From an uncultured Cytophagia bacterium (GTDB taxonomy: Bacteria > Zhuqueibacterota > Zhuqueibacteria > Oceanimicrobiales > CAZGRP01): a stretch of 64,000 bases of DNA. This document shows, piece after piece, positions 1-9,132 of the stretch. The stretch lies in assembly GCA_964527995.1 (NCBI GenBank), contig CAZGRP010000004.1, forward strand, positions 20,230 to 84,229, read 5' to 3'. Under the pieces are notes generated by a model. The model did no database searches. It saw nothing but the letters and a program-made list of their open reading frames with translations, and was not told where the DNA came from. Position 1 is the first letter of the stretch; each line of letters starts with the position of its first letter. A program made the position numbers and the translations under genes.

Positions 1-81
1 GGGCATCGATGCAACCTGGAAAGAGGGCTACCCACAGCCTCTGGCTATGTCGGAGGAAATCATCAAGAAGGTGGATCGTAA

Positions 82-1983
82 ATGGCAGAGCTACTGGAGA
101 TAAAGTTTCGCGACCGTCGCCTGGCGCCGATCTGGGAGAAGGTGCAGCAGGGCGAGCGTCTTTCGTTGCAGGATGGGGTGACGCTGTTTGAGACGGACGA
201 TCTGCTGTCGCTTGGGAAGATGGCCCAGGCGGTGCAGCGCGAGAAGAGCGGTGATGCCGTCTATTTCGTTGTCAACCGCCAGATCAATCCGAGCAACATC
301 TGCGTGCTGTCGTGCAAGTTCTGCGACTTCGCCGCCAAGCCGGGCGACCCCGACGCCTATGAGATGACCCTCGATGAGATCCTGGCCAAGCTGAACCCGG
401 AGCTGCATGAGGTCCACATCGTCGGCGGACTGCATCCGCAGTGGCCCTGGGAGTTCTACCTGGAGATGATGCGGCGGATCAAAGAGGCCTTTCCCAGGAT
501 CGACATCAAGGCGTGGACCGCCGTGGAGATCGATTTTTTCTCCAAGAAATTCAAGCTACCGATCCCCGAGGTGCTGCGCCAGCTCAAGGAGGCCGGCCTT
601 TCCACCATGCCGGGAGGCGGTGCCGAGGTGTTTTCGGAACGTGTCCGCAAGCTGCTGTTTCATCAGAAGATCGGCGCCAAACGCTGGCTGGAAATCCACG
701 AGGCCGCCCATCGTCTCGGCATCCCGACCAACGCCACTCTGCTCTACGGCCATGTCGAGACCTTCGACGAGCGGGTAGAGCACCTGATCAGACTGCGCCA
801 GCAGCAGGATCGCAGCGGCGGGTTTCTCAGCTTTATCCCACTGGCCTTCCAGCCTGGAGATACGGGCATCAAGGATCGCCAGACCTCGGCTGTGGATGAT
901 CTGAAGACCATCGCCGTATCGCGGCTGATGCTGGATAATTTCCCGCATATCAAAGCCTACTGGATCATGCTCAGCGCTGAGGTGGCACCCGTGGCCCTGG
1001 ACTTCGGCGCCGACGACATGGACGGCACGGTGGGCGAGGAGCGCATCGCCCACGCTGCCAAGGCGACCAGCCCGATCGCCCTGGCCAAGGACCACATCGT
1101 TCGCATGATCCGCAGCGCCGGCAAGGTGGCCGTGGAGCGCGACATTCTCTACAACCCTATCGCTGTCTACGGCGATTTCCCGATCGGCAAGATCCCGTAC
1201 CTCAACTGCGTGCCGATCTATCGCCGCTTCCAGCCCAGGCCCTTCAAGCAGGTGCCGATGTCGCCGCGGCAAATGGGGCGGCTGGCGGAAGATCGGCAGA
1301 TCGACGGCGGGCCGCTGTCGCTGATGGACTACTTCGCCGTCGCAGACGATTACGTGATGCTCGACTACTGCATCGCTGTGCGCGACCTGGCGCGCAGCGT
1401 CGTGCTCTATTCCAACTTTGCCTGGCGCGACCTGGACGGAAAGCGCATCGGCATCACGGCCGAGACATCCACCTCGATCGAGCTGCTGAAGGTTCTTCTG
1501 CGCCAGAAATATCGCATCGCCGCCCGGCTGGAGCGCATGCACCCGGTCTTTCAGGCGGCCGAGGCGGAGGGGTTCGATGCCGTGCTGGTGATCGGCGATG
1601 AGGCGTTGCGAAGGTCGAAGTCGGGTCTGGCAGGGTTCACCTTCGGCTTCGACCTGGGCCGCGAGTGGTATGAATGGACCGGGCTTCCCTTCGTCTTTGC
1701 GGTCTGGGCCGTGCGTCGCGACCTGGCGGCTGAGATGAAGGCCCTGCTGGCGCAGCGACTCGAGGAGGCCGCTCGCAGCGCCGACAACCGCCATGCCGAT
1801 TTCGGCACCCACCACGGCCGGCGCCTGGGGTTGACGCCCACCGAGGTGCAGGTCTACCTCAACGGCTTCATCTATCGCGTCGGCGAGAAAGAGCGACGGG
1901 CCATCGAGCTTTTTCAGACCTTTCTCGGCCGCAGGGAGTCTGTGACGGCGGTAAGTCGGGTGGGTGAAGGTGATGCGGAATGA
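82..1983 (+). CDS. Radical SAM futalosine-pathway enzyme (MqnE/MqnC family; CxxxCxxC = CVLSCKFC) fused to C-terminal MqnA-like (chorismate dehydratase, PBP-fold) domain
   Basis: N-terminal ~370 aa carry the radical-SAM Cys triad and the GGLHPQ, MPGGGAEVF and FIPLAFQP motifs typical of MqnC/MqnE. C-terminal ~260 aa carry the IPYLNCVPIY and GITAETSTS motifs typical of MqnA. ATG at 82. Confidence 0.7.
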   Translation: MAELLEIKFRDRRLAPIWEKVQQGERLSLQDGVTLFETDDLLSLGKMAQAVQREKSGDAVYFVVNRQINPSNICVLSCKFCDFAAKPGDPDAYEMTLDEILAKLNPELHEVHIVGGLHPQWPWEFYLEMMRRIKEAFPRIDIKAWTAVEIDFFSKKFKLPIPEVLRQLKEAGLSTMPGGGAEVFSERVRKLLFHQKIGAKRWLEIHEAAHRLGIPTNATLLYGHVETFDERVEHLIRLRQQQDRSGGFLSFIPLAFQPGDTGIKDRQTSAVDDLKTIAVSRLMLDNFPHIKAYWIMLSAEVAPVALDFGADDMDGTVGEERIAHAAKATSPIALAKDHIVRMIRSAGKVAVERDILYNPIAVYGDFPIGKIPYLNCVPIYRRFQPRPFKQVPMSPRQMGRLAEDRQIDGGPLSLMDYFAVADDYVMLDYCIAVRDLARSVVLYSNFAWRDLDGKRIGITAETSTSIELLKVLLRQKYRIAARLERMHPVFQAAEAEGFDAVLVIGDEALRRSKSGLAGFTFGFDLGREWYEWTGLPFVFAVWAVRRDLAAEMKALLAQRLEEAARSADNRHADFGTHHGRRLGLTPTEVQVYLNGFIYRVGEKERRAIELFQTFLGRRESVTAVSRVGEGDAE

Positions 1984-2146
1984 TGGAGGGATGGAGTGGT
2001 GGATTTGTGGAGTGGTTCGAACACGTTTGTTAGGTTCGCGTGAGAGGAAAGCAGGCGCCTCTGGAGGAAACTCGATGACTTCATTCCTCCATCGCTCCAG
2101 TTGGGTCGTTTGCTCTCGATTGCCTTCTTGAAGAATCGGAGGAAAA

Positions 2147-3292
2147 ATGCAGGACCTGGCAGTTGAATCGTTGCTAGCAAAAGCCCACGAAGGAGAACGG
2201 CTCTCCCCAGAAGAAGGCTTGGCCCTGCTGCGTGAGGCCGAATTGCTCGACCTCGGTGCCGCTGCGGAGGCGGTGCGTTATCGCCACAATCCGCGGCCGT
2301 GGGTGACCTTCATCGTCGATACCAATCCCAACTATACCAACGTCTGCAACGTCGACTGCATCTTCTGTGCTTTCTATCGACACGAGGGCGAGGAGGGTGC
2401 CTACACCTATTCCGTGGACGAGATGATCCAGAAGTTCAAGGAGATGGTGCCGTTGGGGGTGACCACTGTGCTGCTCCAGGGTGGTGTGAATCCGAACCTG
2501 CCCTTCGACTACTACCTGGAGCTCGTCCGCAGGACAAGAGCCGAGGTGCCGGAAATCCATCCCCATTTCTTCTCGACATCGGAAATTATCGGCGTGGCCG
2601 AAGTGTCTGGCCTGTCGATCCGCGAGGTGCTGCAGCAACTGTATGAGGCTGGGTTGAGAACCATCCCGGGAGGCGGTGCCGAAATTCTGGCCGATCGCGT
2701 CAAGAAGAAGATCAGCCACAAGAAGGGCACGTCCGATGACTGGCTCGAGGTGATGCGCCTGGCCCACCAGATCGGCTATCGCACCACGGCCACGATGATG
2801 TACGGCCACCTGGAGCGCGACGAAGAGATCATTGAGCATCTGGAACGCATTCGGGCGCTGCAAGACGAGACCGGCGGCTTCACGGCCTTCATCCCGTGGA
2901 GCTTCAAGCCCGGGAACACACCGTTGGAGAAGATCATCCCCACCTACGCCACGCCGAATCGCTATCTGCAGATGATTGCTCTGTCACGCATCTACCTCGA
3001 CAACTTCCCGCACATCCAGGCGTCCTGGTTCTCCGAGGGCAAGAAGATCGGCCAGGTGGCGCTGCATTTCGGCGCCGACGATTTCGGCGGCACCTTGGTC
3101 GAAGAGAATGTGCACAAGGCCGCCAACTTCGTCAACACCACCTCCACCGAGGAGGTCGTCTCACTCATCCGGGAGTCTGGTTTTGTGCCTGCCCAGCGGA
3201 CGACGCTGTATGAGGTGGTGAGAGTGTATGAGAACGGAGGGGCGGGAGTTAGGAAGCAGGAATCAGAAGGTAGTATCGCGAATCAGGTCTAG
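2147..3292 (+). CDS. Radical SAM menaquinone-biosynthesis enzyme, MqnC/MqnE family (paralog of previous gene)
   Basis: CNVDCIFCAF radical-SAM motif. Overall collinear similarity to the N-terminal domain of the preceding ORF (GGVNPNLP, IPGGGAEIL, FIPWSFKP, ALHFGADDFGGT). Confidence 0.7.
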   Translation: MQDLAVESLLAKAHEGERLSPEEGLALLREAELLDLGAAAEAVRYRHNPRPWVTFIVDTNPNYTNVCNVDCIFCAFYRHEGEEGAYTYSVDEMIQKFKEMVPLGVTTVLLQGGVNPNLPFDYYLELVRRTRAEVPEIHPHFFSTSEIIGVAEVSGLSIREVLQQLYEAGLRTIPGGGAEILADRVKKKISHKKGTSDDWLEVMRLAHQIGYRTTATMMYGHLERDEEIIEHLERIRALQDETGGFTAFIPWSFKPGNTPLEKIIPTYATPNRYLQMIALSRIYLDNFPHIQASWFSEGKKIGQVALHFGADDFGGTLVEENVHKAANFVNTTSTEEVVSLIRESGFVPAQRTTLYEVVRVYENGGAGVRKQESEGSIANQV

Positions 3293-3381
3293 GTAGCAGA
3301 GAGCCAGCTCGTCGGTGAATTGCATTCATCGACGCCCCCTTGAACCGGGCTCTCTGAAAAGGTGAGAAAGAATCTTGATTT

Positions 3382-3472
3382 GTCATTCCTGCGAAGCTTG
3401 TCCTCGCGAAGGCGGGGAGCGGGAATCCAGAAAAGTAAATAAGTTATAGATTCCCGCTTGCGCGGGAATGAC
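3382..3472. repeat. Nested inverted-repeat (REP/MITE-like or structured RNA) element in convergent mqnC-mqnD intergenic region
   Basis: gtcattcctgcg (3382-3393) pairs with cgcgggaatgac (3461-3472). gcgggaatc (3420-3428) pairs with gattcccgc (3449-3457). There is a local 8-bp hairpin attcccgc-ttgc-gcgggaat, followed by an aaaaag-tagg-cttttt A/T hairpin. Confidence 0.5.
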
Positions 3473-3676
3473 AGAAAAAGTAGGCTTTTTGGACAGCCTC
3501 TCGCTCTAGCCTGTCGGAAAGACGGGAATCATGCCGTCCTTTCTCAGGATCTCTCCCTCGTCAGTTCCTTCCAGCAGTTCCTCTGGGATCAGCAGAACTT
3601 GCTCAGCTACTTTTGCCCTCATCGGCGTTGCATTCATGAAGAGCCGGGCTGAAACCCAAAACCCAAAACCCGAAAC

Positions 3677-4513
3677 CTAGTACAGCAGCACCTCCGGCTT
3701 CGACGGAATGATGCCGCGCTCATGGGCTCGCTGGAACAGCAGCTCCAGAGCCTGCCTCCCGGGTTCGCCCATGTCGATAGTGACCTCGTTCACATACATC
3801 TTCACGAATCGTGTGCCCAGGTCGGTATCGATGCCGCGGCCGAATTCGAGCGCATACGGAATCGCTTCCTCCTGGTGAGCATAGCCGTACTCGATACTCT
3901 TGCGAAGCGCGGCAGAGATGCGGCCCGCCAGGTCCTCTCCCAGGTCTGACCGCACCACATCCAGTCCCAGCGGCAGTGGCAGCCCGCCACTCTCCTCTTG
4001 CCAGATCTCTCCAAAGTCTGCCACTTTATGAAGGCCGAACTCGCGGTAGGTGATTTGACCCTCGTGGATCAGCAGTCCGGCATCCACCTGGCCGTCGAGC
4101 ACGGCGTCGATGATCTGGTCGAACGGCATTTGAACGGCCTGAGCTCCGTCGGTGTAGATCTGAAAGAGCAGATAGGCGGTCGTCAGCTTCCCGGGGGTTG
4201 CCACCCGGCGGCCGCGCAGATCTTCCAGGCGGTCGACCTCTTTCGCCACGATGATAGGGCCGTAGCCGTCGCCCATGCTGGCTCCGGTGCGCATGATCCA
4301 GTAGTGGCCGGCAACGTAGGGGAAGGCATGAGCCGAAATCGCCGTCACCTCCAGCTCGGCGCGCAGAGCCCGTTCGTTGAGGCTCTGGATGTCCTCCATG
4401 ATGTGCTCGATCACGAAGTCGTCCAGGCTGACCTTGCCGCTGGCCAGGCCGTAAAACATGAAGGCGTCGTCAGGGTCGGGGCTGTGACCGACGCGCAATA
4501 ATCTTCCTGTCAT
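3677..4513 (-). CDS. mqnD: 1,4-dihydroxy-6-naphthoate synthase MqnD
   Basis: N-terminal LRVGHSPDPDDAFMFYGL matches the MqnD signature (GxSPCPND-F-F). Start chosen at MTGRLL (4513); the ORF extends to 4549 with alternative ATGs at 4528 and 4549. Confidence 0.7.
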   Translation of the reverse strand: MTGRLLRVGHSPDPDDAFMFYGLASGKVSLDDFVIEHIMEDIQSLNERALRAELEVTAISAHAFPYVAGHYWIMRTGASMGDGYGPIIVAKEVDRLEDLRGRRVATPGKLTTAYLLFQIYTDGAQAVQMPFDQIIDAVLDGQVDAGLLIHEGQITYREFGLHKVADFGEIWQEESGGLPLPLGLDVVRSDLGEDLAGRISAALRKSIEYGYAHQEEAIPYALEFGRGIDTDLGTRFVKMYVNEVTIDMGEPGRQALELLFQRAHERGIIPSKPEVLLY

Positions 4514-4545
4514 TTCTTTGCACTCCATGTGTGATTGTGACCCGA

Positions 4546-4791
4546 TCATCGACCCTTTGAGAGTCCGGGCGGAACCCGACCGCGCAGCAGGCTGACCAGA
4601 GTTTCGAAGTCTCTGCCGACGATGACTTCGCCGTTCCGGATCCGCCGGGCGAATTCGCTGGCCTTGTCCTGCAGCATGTGTGGGCTTTTGACTCGAGGAT
4701 CTTTGAGCAGCTTCTTCAGGTTGCGCTCCAGCACTTCGATGACCTGCTCGCGCTCCTCGATGGTGGCACGGCTGTAGTCGGCGACACCCAT
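4546..4791 (-). CDS. Hypothetical small protein (81 aa), no recognisable domain
   Basis: High GC3 coding frame. ATG (MGVADY) lies 10 nt after the stop of the upstream small ORF. Could be one frameshifted gene together with 4802-5032. Confidence 0.3.
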   Translation of the reverse strand: MGVADYSRATIEEREQVIEVLERNLKKLLKDPRVKSPHMLQDKASEFARRIRNGEVIVGRDFETLVSLLRGRVPPGLSKGR

Positions 4792-4801
4792 GTCAGCGCA
4801 C

Positions 4802-5032
4802 TCAACGACCGGCGACAGTGCTCGCTGCGCCGCCGTCCTGTGTGCGCCGCGGGGATTGAGAAGCGCCGTTCTGATCGCCTGTCGCCGCTGCCGGCTGGCG
4901 GGCGAGGACATACCCGCCTGGCTTGATATCCACAGGAATGTCGCATTGCGACAGATTCGTGGCGCCCATGATCGCCAGAACCAGCAAGAGGAGAAACAGC
5001 ACCAGAGCCATGGCGGGCGAAGGTTCTTTCAT
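4802..5032 (-). CDS. Hypothetical small membrane/secreted protein (N-terminal hydrophobic helix AMALVLFLLLLVLAIMGA)
   Basis: ATG at 5032 preceded by GGAGG (rc of 5041-5045) with an 8-nt spacer. Strong GC3 bias. Hydrophobic N-terminus. Confidence 0.3.
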   Translation of the reverse strand: MKEPSPAMALVLFLLLLVLAIMGATNLSQCDIPVDIKPGGYVLARQPAAATGDQNGASQSPRRTQDGGAASTVAGR

Positions 5033-5356
5033 CGATGGAGCCTCCAGATAGGGCCTTGAAGCTGCAGTTGGAAATCCTGCCACGCAATCGATAGGCAAAG
5101 GTAAGAGATTGAGTCACGGAACGCAACCAGATTCTTGTAGAAATCCTGTACCTGCCGCGCCGCCCGCGACAGACCTGCCATCGGTGGATGACATTCTTTC
5201 CCACTGGAGTCGGAGCGATGGCTGAAACTGTGGCAGAAAGTTCTGAAAAATGTTCCGAGCGTTCTGGTTCAGGAGGATGAACAGGGAGCGCCGTAAGCAA
5301 GTTCTTAAGTTTCGTAAAAACACTGAATTGGATTGGTTGGTTTTCGGCGGTTGTTC

Positions 5357-5372
5357 TGGCACGCGGGTTGCA
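5357..5372 (+). promoter_or_regulatory. Sigma-54 (RpoN) -24/-12 promoter: TGGCACG-cggg-TTGCA
   Basis: Exact match to YTGGCACGrNNNTTGCW. GG at 5358-5359 and GC at 5370-5371 (12-nt spacing). It lies ~70 nt upstream of the first hsp20 start. Confidence 0.55.
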
Positions 5373-5446
5373 AAATGCAACTACGAAGGATCATGTTCAA
5401 CAGCATGGACGTGATCGACCTACGAGAGGTAAGGAGGTGAGTGGCA

Positions 5447-5893
5447 ATGCTGGAGACTTTGAGTCCTGTTCTCAGGTCGGAGCCGTTCAGGGAATTGGCC
5501 CGGCTACGTGAGCGGCTGGATCGGATGCTGGAGGACCTTATGCGCATGGAGCCGAGCGCGCGCTGGGAGTACAACTTCCCGCCTTGCAACCTGATCAACA
5601 CCGATGATGAGCTGGTTCTCTATTGTGAGCTCCCTGGCGTCAGCCGCGAGGACTTCCATGTGGAGGTCATCGACAACCGCCTGATGCTGCGTGGAGAAAA
5701 GAAGTTTCCAGAGTTGCCTGAGGGCGCCCATTGGGTGTGCAATGAGCGCAGCTATGGCCAGTTCAATCGCAACATCGAGCTTCCATACCCTGTCGATCGC
5801 AGCAAGGTGAAGGCCACATTCCACGATGGGGTCCTGGAAGTCCATCTGCCCAAGACCGATGAGGTTCGGGCAAAGGAGATCGAGGTCCGTTGA
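5447..5893 (+). CDS. Hsp20/alpha-crystallin family small heat-shock protein
   Basis: Alpha-crystallin domain architecture. AGGAGG at 5433-5438 sits 8 nt before ATG 5447; the ORF begins at GTG 5441. Confidence 0.85.
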   Translation: MLETLSPVLRSEPFRELARLRERLDRMLEDLMRMEPSARWEYNFPPCNLINTDDELVLYCELPGVSREDFHVEVIDNRLMLRGEKKFPELPEGAHWVCNERSYGQFNRNIELPYPVDRSKVKATFHDGVLEVHLPKTDEVRAKEIEVR

Positions 5894-5989
5894 ACAGGGG
5901 CCGAGTGTGGTTGAGACGAACTCGAGAGGCTGAGTCGGCCTCCTGGGTTGCGGAGTCATTCCGAAGATCTGGCAAGGAGGTGATGTCCG

Positions 5990-6433
5990 ATGTTGGAAAG
6001 GTATGAGCCCGCCCTGGCTACGGAGCCGTTCGAGGGGCTCCGCACGATCCGCAGCCGGATCAATCGTCTGTTCAGTGAACTGTTTCCCGAGTTCGAGCGT
6101 ACCGAGGAGTGGTTCTATCCGACCTACGACATGATCGACACCAAGGACGAGGTCGTGCTCTTCGTCGAGCTGCCGGGGGTCGGCAAGAACGATTTCAAGC
6201 TGACCGTGAACAATGACATTCTGACCATCAGCGGCGAGAAGAGAAGGGTGGACATGCCCGAAGGGGCCAGCCGGCTGCGCAACGAAATCACCTACGGGAA
6301 TTTCAATCGGCAGATCCGGCTGCCCTATCCCGTCGATGCCGACATGATCAAAGCGGAGCTGCGCAACGGCATGCTGACCATCCACCTGCCCAAGAAGGAA
6401 GAGGTCAAGCCTAAGGAGATTCCGGTCAGCTAA
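5990..6433 (+). CDS. Hsp20/alpha-crystallin family small heat-shock protein (tandem paralog)
   Basis: Collinear with the previous protein (VELPGV, ELPYPVD, L..HLPK). RBS caaggaggtg before the ATG. Confidence 0.85.
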   Translation: MLERYEPALATEPFEGLRTIRSRINRLFSELFPEFERTEEWFYPTYDMIDTKDEVVLFVELPGVGKNDFKLTVNNDILTISGEKRRVDMPEGASRLRNEITYGNFNRQIRLPYPVDADMIKAELRNGMLTIHLPKKEEVKPKEIPVS

Positions 6434-6456
6434 CGAATGCCTGATCCTCGGTCAGT

Positions 6457-6511
6457 GCAGGCGGGCTTCCTTCCGGCGACAGTCGGATGGATGTCCCGCC
6501 TGTTTTTATTT
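6457..6511 (+). terminator. Putative rho-independent terminator of hsp20 operon
   Basis: Stem gcaggcggg (6457-6465) pairs with cccgcctg (6495-6502), followed by tttttattt (6503-6511). The loop is large. Confidence 0.45.
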
Positions 6512-6595
6512 GCTGCCAGGTCGGCGAGCGAACTTTCAGGCCTCATGCCTGGTTGTATTTCAACAGAGAGAAAACACGGTTGGTTGGTGAAGAGG

Positions 6596-8461
6596 ATGAG
6601 GCTGAAATCAAAAATTGCCATCATCTTCGTGTTGTTGGTGATTCTGCCGCTTGCCGCCGGGATCGTCGTGTCCTTGCACGCTCTCAGCGGCTATCTGTCT
6701 TTTCAGCAATATGCGGTGATTCGGCAGACGGCGGAGCAGCTCGACGATCTGATCGGTCTGGAGAAGGAGGACGTCCAGGCGATCGTCGAGGTGCTGAGTG
6801 GCACCCGTGCAGTGCGGCAGGCGGTGGCTGAACGCGACGTGAATCGGTTGCGCCTGCTGGCTCGAATCTATCAGCGTCTGGCACGTGCCGATATCGTCGA
6901 GTTTCGCGACACGGACGGCCGACTTCTTCTGCGTCGGGAGCGCCGCGGGGCTGAACTTACGCAAGATGTTCATCCCGGACCGTGGCGGGCGCCGGAGAGG
7001 CCCTCGGTTGATATTTATCCGGAGCGAGGCGAGGTGGTGATCCGGGCTACTTCGCCCGTTTTTTTCGCCGGCAAGCTGGTTGGCTCGGTGTCGGTCGCGG
7101 AGCGCCTGTCGCGCGAATTCATCGAGCGGTACAAGAGGGAGATGGGACTTGAGGTCGCCATCCTGGGGCGCAATCGCGTGCTCTACTCGACTCTGAAGGG
7201 ACTACAGTTGCAGGCCCTGCCGTTGGCCGCCATCGAGTCGGCGCGCAGACAGTCCTACGGCCGCACGCGGGTTTCTGGCAAGACCTATACCATGGCCGCC
7301 TACCCGTTGCTGGGCTCCGACGGACGCTATCAGGGCGCACTGCTTCTTTTTCAGATCGAGACCACGTTTCGAGCGGCAGTGGCGCGGGCGCGCCGGGCGA
7401 TTGCCCTGGCTGGAGTGCTCTCGCTTACCTACGCCCTGGGCGTTGGCTACGTGGCGACGCGGCGACTGCAGGCCCCGATTTTCGAGCTGCAACAAAAGAT
7501 GCATCAGGTGATGACGGGCAATTATGACGTCGAGGTGCGCGTCCGCACCTCGGATGAGTTCCGCGACCTCGCCGAAGGTTTCAACAGAATGTTGAACCAG
7601 ATCCGCCGGTCCCGAGAGCATTTGCGCATTCAGAACCAGCGACTGCGGGCTTTCGCCAGAGCCATGCAGCGCGAGCTGGACGTAGCCGGGCAGGTTCAGT
7701 CTCTGTTGATCCCGGAAGAGTACACCGACGACCGGGTCTCCGTCAGGGTGCAATACTTCCCGATGCTGCGGGTTGGTGGGGATTACGCTTATTTGCATAT
7801 GAGCGACGAAGGAGTCGGGTATTTCATCATCGCCGACGTGTCGGGGCATGGGGTAGCTGCCGCCCTTCTGATGAGCAGAGTCAGTGCCGAGGTTGAGAAT
7901 CTGGTGCGCAGCGACGCACCGATCGCTGATCTGATTTCGCATCTGAACCGTTTCATCTACGAAAACTTTTCTTCCACAGGGATGTACGTGACCTTCTTCT
8001 GTGCCCGTGTTCAGTTTCAGACGGGATGGATCGAGTATGGAAATGCTGGCCATCCGGCACAGTGGCTGTTTCGAGCCCGTGCTGACGAAGTCGTGGAGCT
8101 GCCTGCCCTGAACCTGCCGCTCGGTGCCTTCCCAGCGGAAACATTCGGCGAGCCCATGACGAAGACCGTTCCGTTCGAAGTCGGCGACCGCTTCTTTCTA
8201 TTCACCGACGGCATGTTCGAGGTCAGCGACCCCGAGGGGAACCCTCTCGGGCTCGGACGCCTGCGAGGGATTCTCGAGGAGGCTCTGAGACACTCCGAGG
8301 AGGTTCCCATCGAGTACGTGGTGAACGCCGTGAAGAAGTACAGCGGCGGCCGTTTCGAGGACGACGCGCTGTTCGTGTCGGTACGATTCCTGGGTGGGCC
8401 GGCGAGGCCGGAACCGGTGGCAGCGGCAGCGGCGGAGGCTGTCGGGGCAGAGAAGGTATGA
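6596..8461 (+). CDS. Membrane sensor protein-serine phosphatase, PP2C/SpoIIE family with HAMP linker (RsbU-like)
   Basis: Domain order: TM helix (IAIIFVLLVILPLAAGIVVSL), ~250-aa extracytoplasmic region, second TM, HAMP-like segment (DEFRDLAEGFNRMLNQI), then PP2C motifs (GGDYAY, IADVSGHGVAAALLMS, FLFTDGMFE). Start ambiguous: GTG 6587 or ATG 6596. Confidence 0.75.
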   Translation: MRLKSKIAIIFVLLVILPLAAGIVVSLHALSGYLSFQQYAVIRQTAEQLDDLIGLEKEDVQAIVEVLSGTRAVRQAVAERDVNRLRLLARIYQRLARADIVEFRDTDGRLLLRRERRGAELTQDVHPGPWRAPERPSVDIYPERGEVVIRATSPVFFAGKLVGSVSVAERLSREFIERYKREMGLEVAILGRNRVLYSTLKGLQLQALPLAAIESARRQSYGRTRVSGKTYTMAAYPLLGSDGRYQGALLLFQIETTFRAAVARARRAIALAGVLSLTYALGVGYVATRRLQAPIFELQQKMHQVMTGNYDVEVRVRTSDEFRDLAEGFNRMLNQIRRSREHLRIQNQRLRAFARAMQRELDVAGQVQSLLIPEEYTDDRVSVRVQYFPMLRVGGDYAYLHMSDEGVGYFIIADVSGHGVAAALLMSRVSAEVENLVRSDAPIADLISHLNRFIYENFSSTGMYVTFFCARVQFQTGWIEYGNAGHPAQWLFRARADEVVELPALNLPLGAFPAETFGEPMTKTVPFEVGDRFFLFTDGMFEVSDPEGNPLGLGRLRGILEEALRHSEEVPIEYVVNAVKKYSGGRFEDDALFVSVRFLGGPARPEPVAAAAAEAVGAEKV

Positions 8462-8633
8462 TGCGGGTGGTAGCCGGACCCGGAGCGGCCGAAGCGAGGC
8501 AACGGCGGGACTTTGATTGATTCAGGTTGATTTTTTAAGGACAGTTGGGTACATTAGGTACTGTTATGTCAACAGCCCGGCAGGCTTTTCTGAGGCCAAC
8601 CGGGCAATTTCATACGTCGTCAGGAGAGAACTT

Positions 8634-9050
8634 ATGGATGTCGGCACCCTTCGTTTGCCCATCGCGAGCCTGAAGCCGCATTCGCCTATTTGTGTTTCGA
8701 TGGGGACCTCCGTCTTGGAGGCTGTACGCAGGATGAATGACCAGCACATCGGCTGCCTTTGCGTCGTTCGCGACGGCGTTCTTCAGGGCATCGTGACAGA
8801 AAGAGACGTCCTCACCAAAGTGGTGGGCAGACGCCGCGACCCGAAAGGGCTGAAAGTTGAAGATATCATGACGCCGGACCCAGAGTATCTGTGGGAGGGA
8901 GACACGGTGGCGTTCGCCCTGAACCGCATGCACGTCGGCGGCTTTCGGCATGTGCCGCTTATTGATGGCGCAGGACGGCCGACGGGCATCATATCGGTCA
9001 AGGACATCGTGGCTCACCTGACACAGTGGTTCGAGGCCGGGCGAAAGTGA
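8634..9050 (+). CDS. CBS-domain pair protein
   Basis: Two CBS repeats (VRDGVLQGIVTERDVL; HVPLIDGAGRPTGIISVKDIV). AGGAGA lies 5 nt before the ATG. Confidence 0.7.
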   Translation: MDVGTLRLPIASLKPHSPICVSMGTSVLEAVRRMNDQHIGCLCVVRDGVLQGIVTERDVLTKVVGRRRDPKGLKVEDIMTPDPEYLWEGDTVAFALNRMHVGGFRHVPLIDGAGRPTGIISVKDIVAHLTQWFEAGRK

Positions 9051-9132
9051 TCGATGGAGGCGTTTGCGTGGCGCCCACGGGGCTGGCACGGTTTGCCAGC
9101 GGCGGCCGCCATCCGGCCAACCGAGCTGTGAG

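Noticed and set aside
556-1815. 419-aa minus-strand ORF inside the MqnE-MqnA gene. Similar long antisense ORFs exist at 2174-2863, 5504-6385, 7202-8053, 12463-13884, 23706-25001, 26067-27164, 27946-29085, 37426-39600, 40678-42336 and 50539-52035.
   Set aside because: All overlap confidently identified sense-strand genes. Their translations are low-complexity Arg/Ala/Gly-rich with no motifs. GC-driven artefacts.
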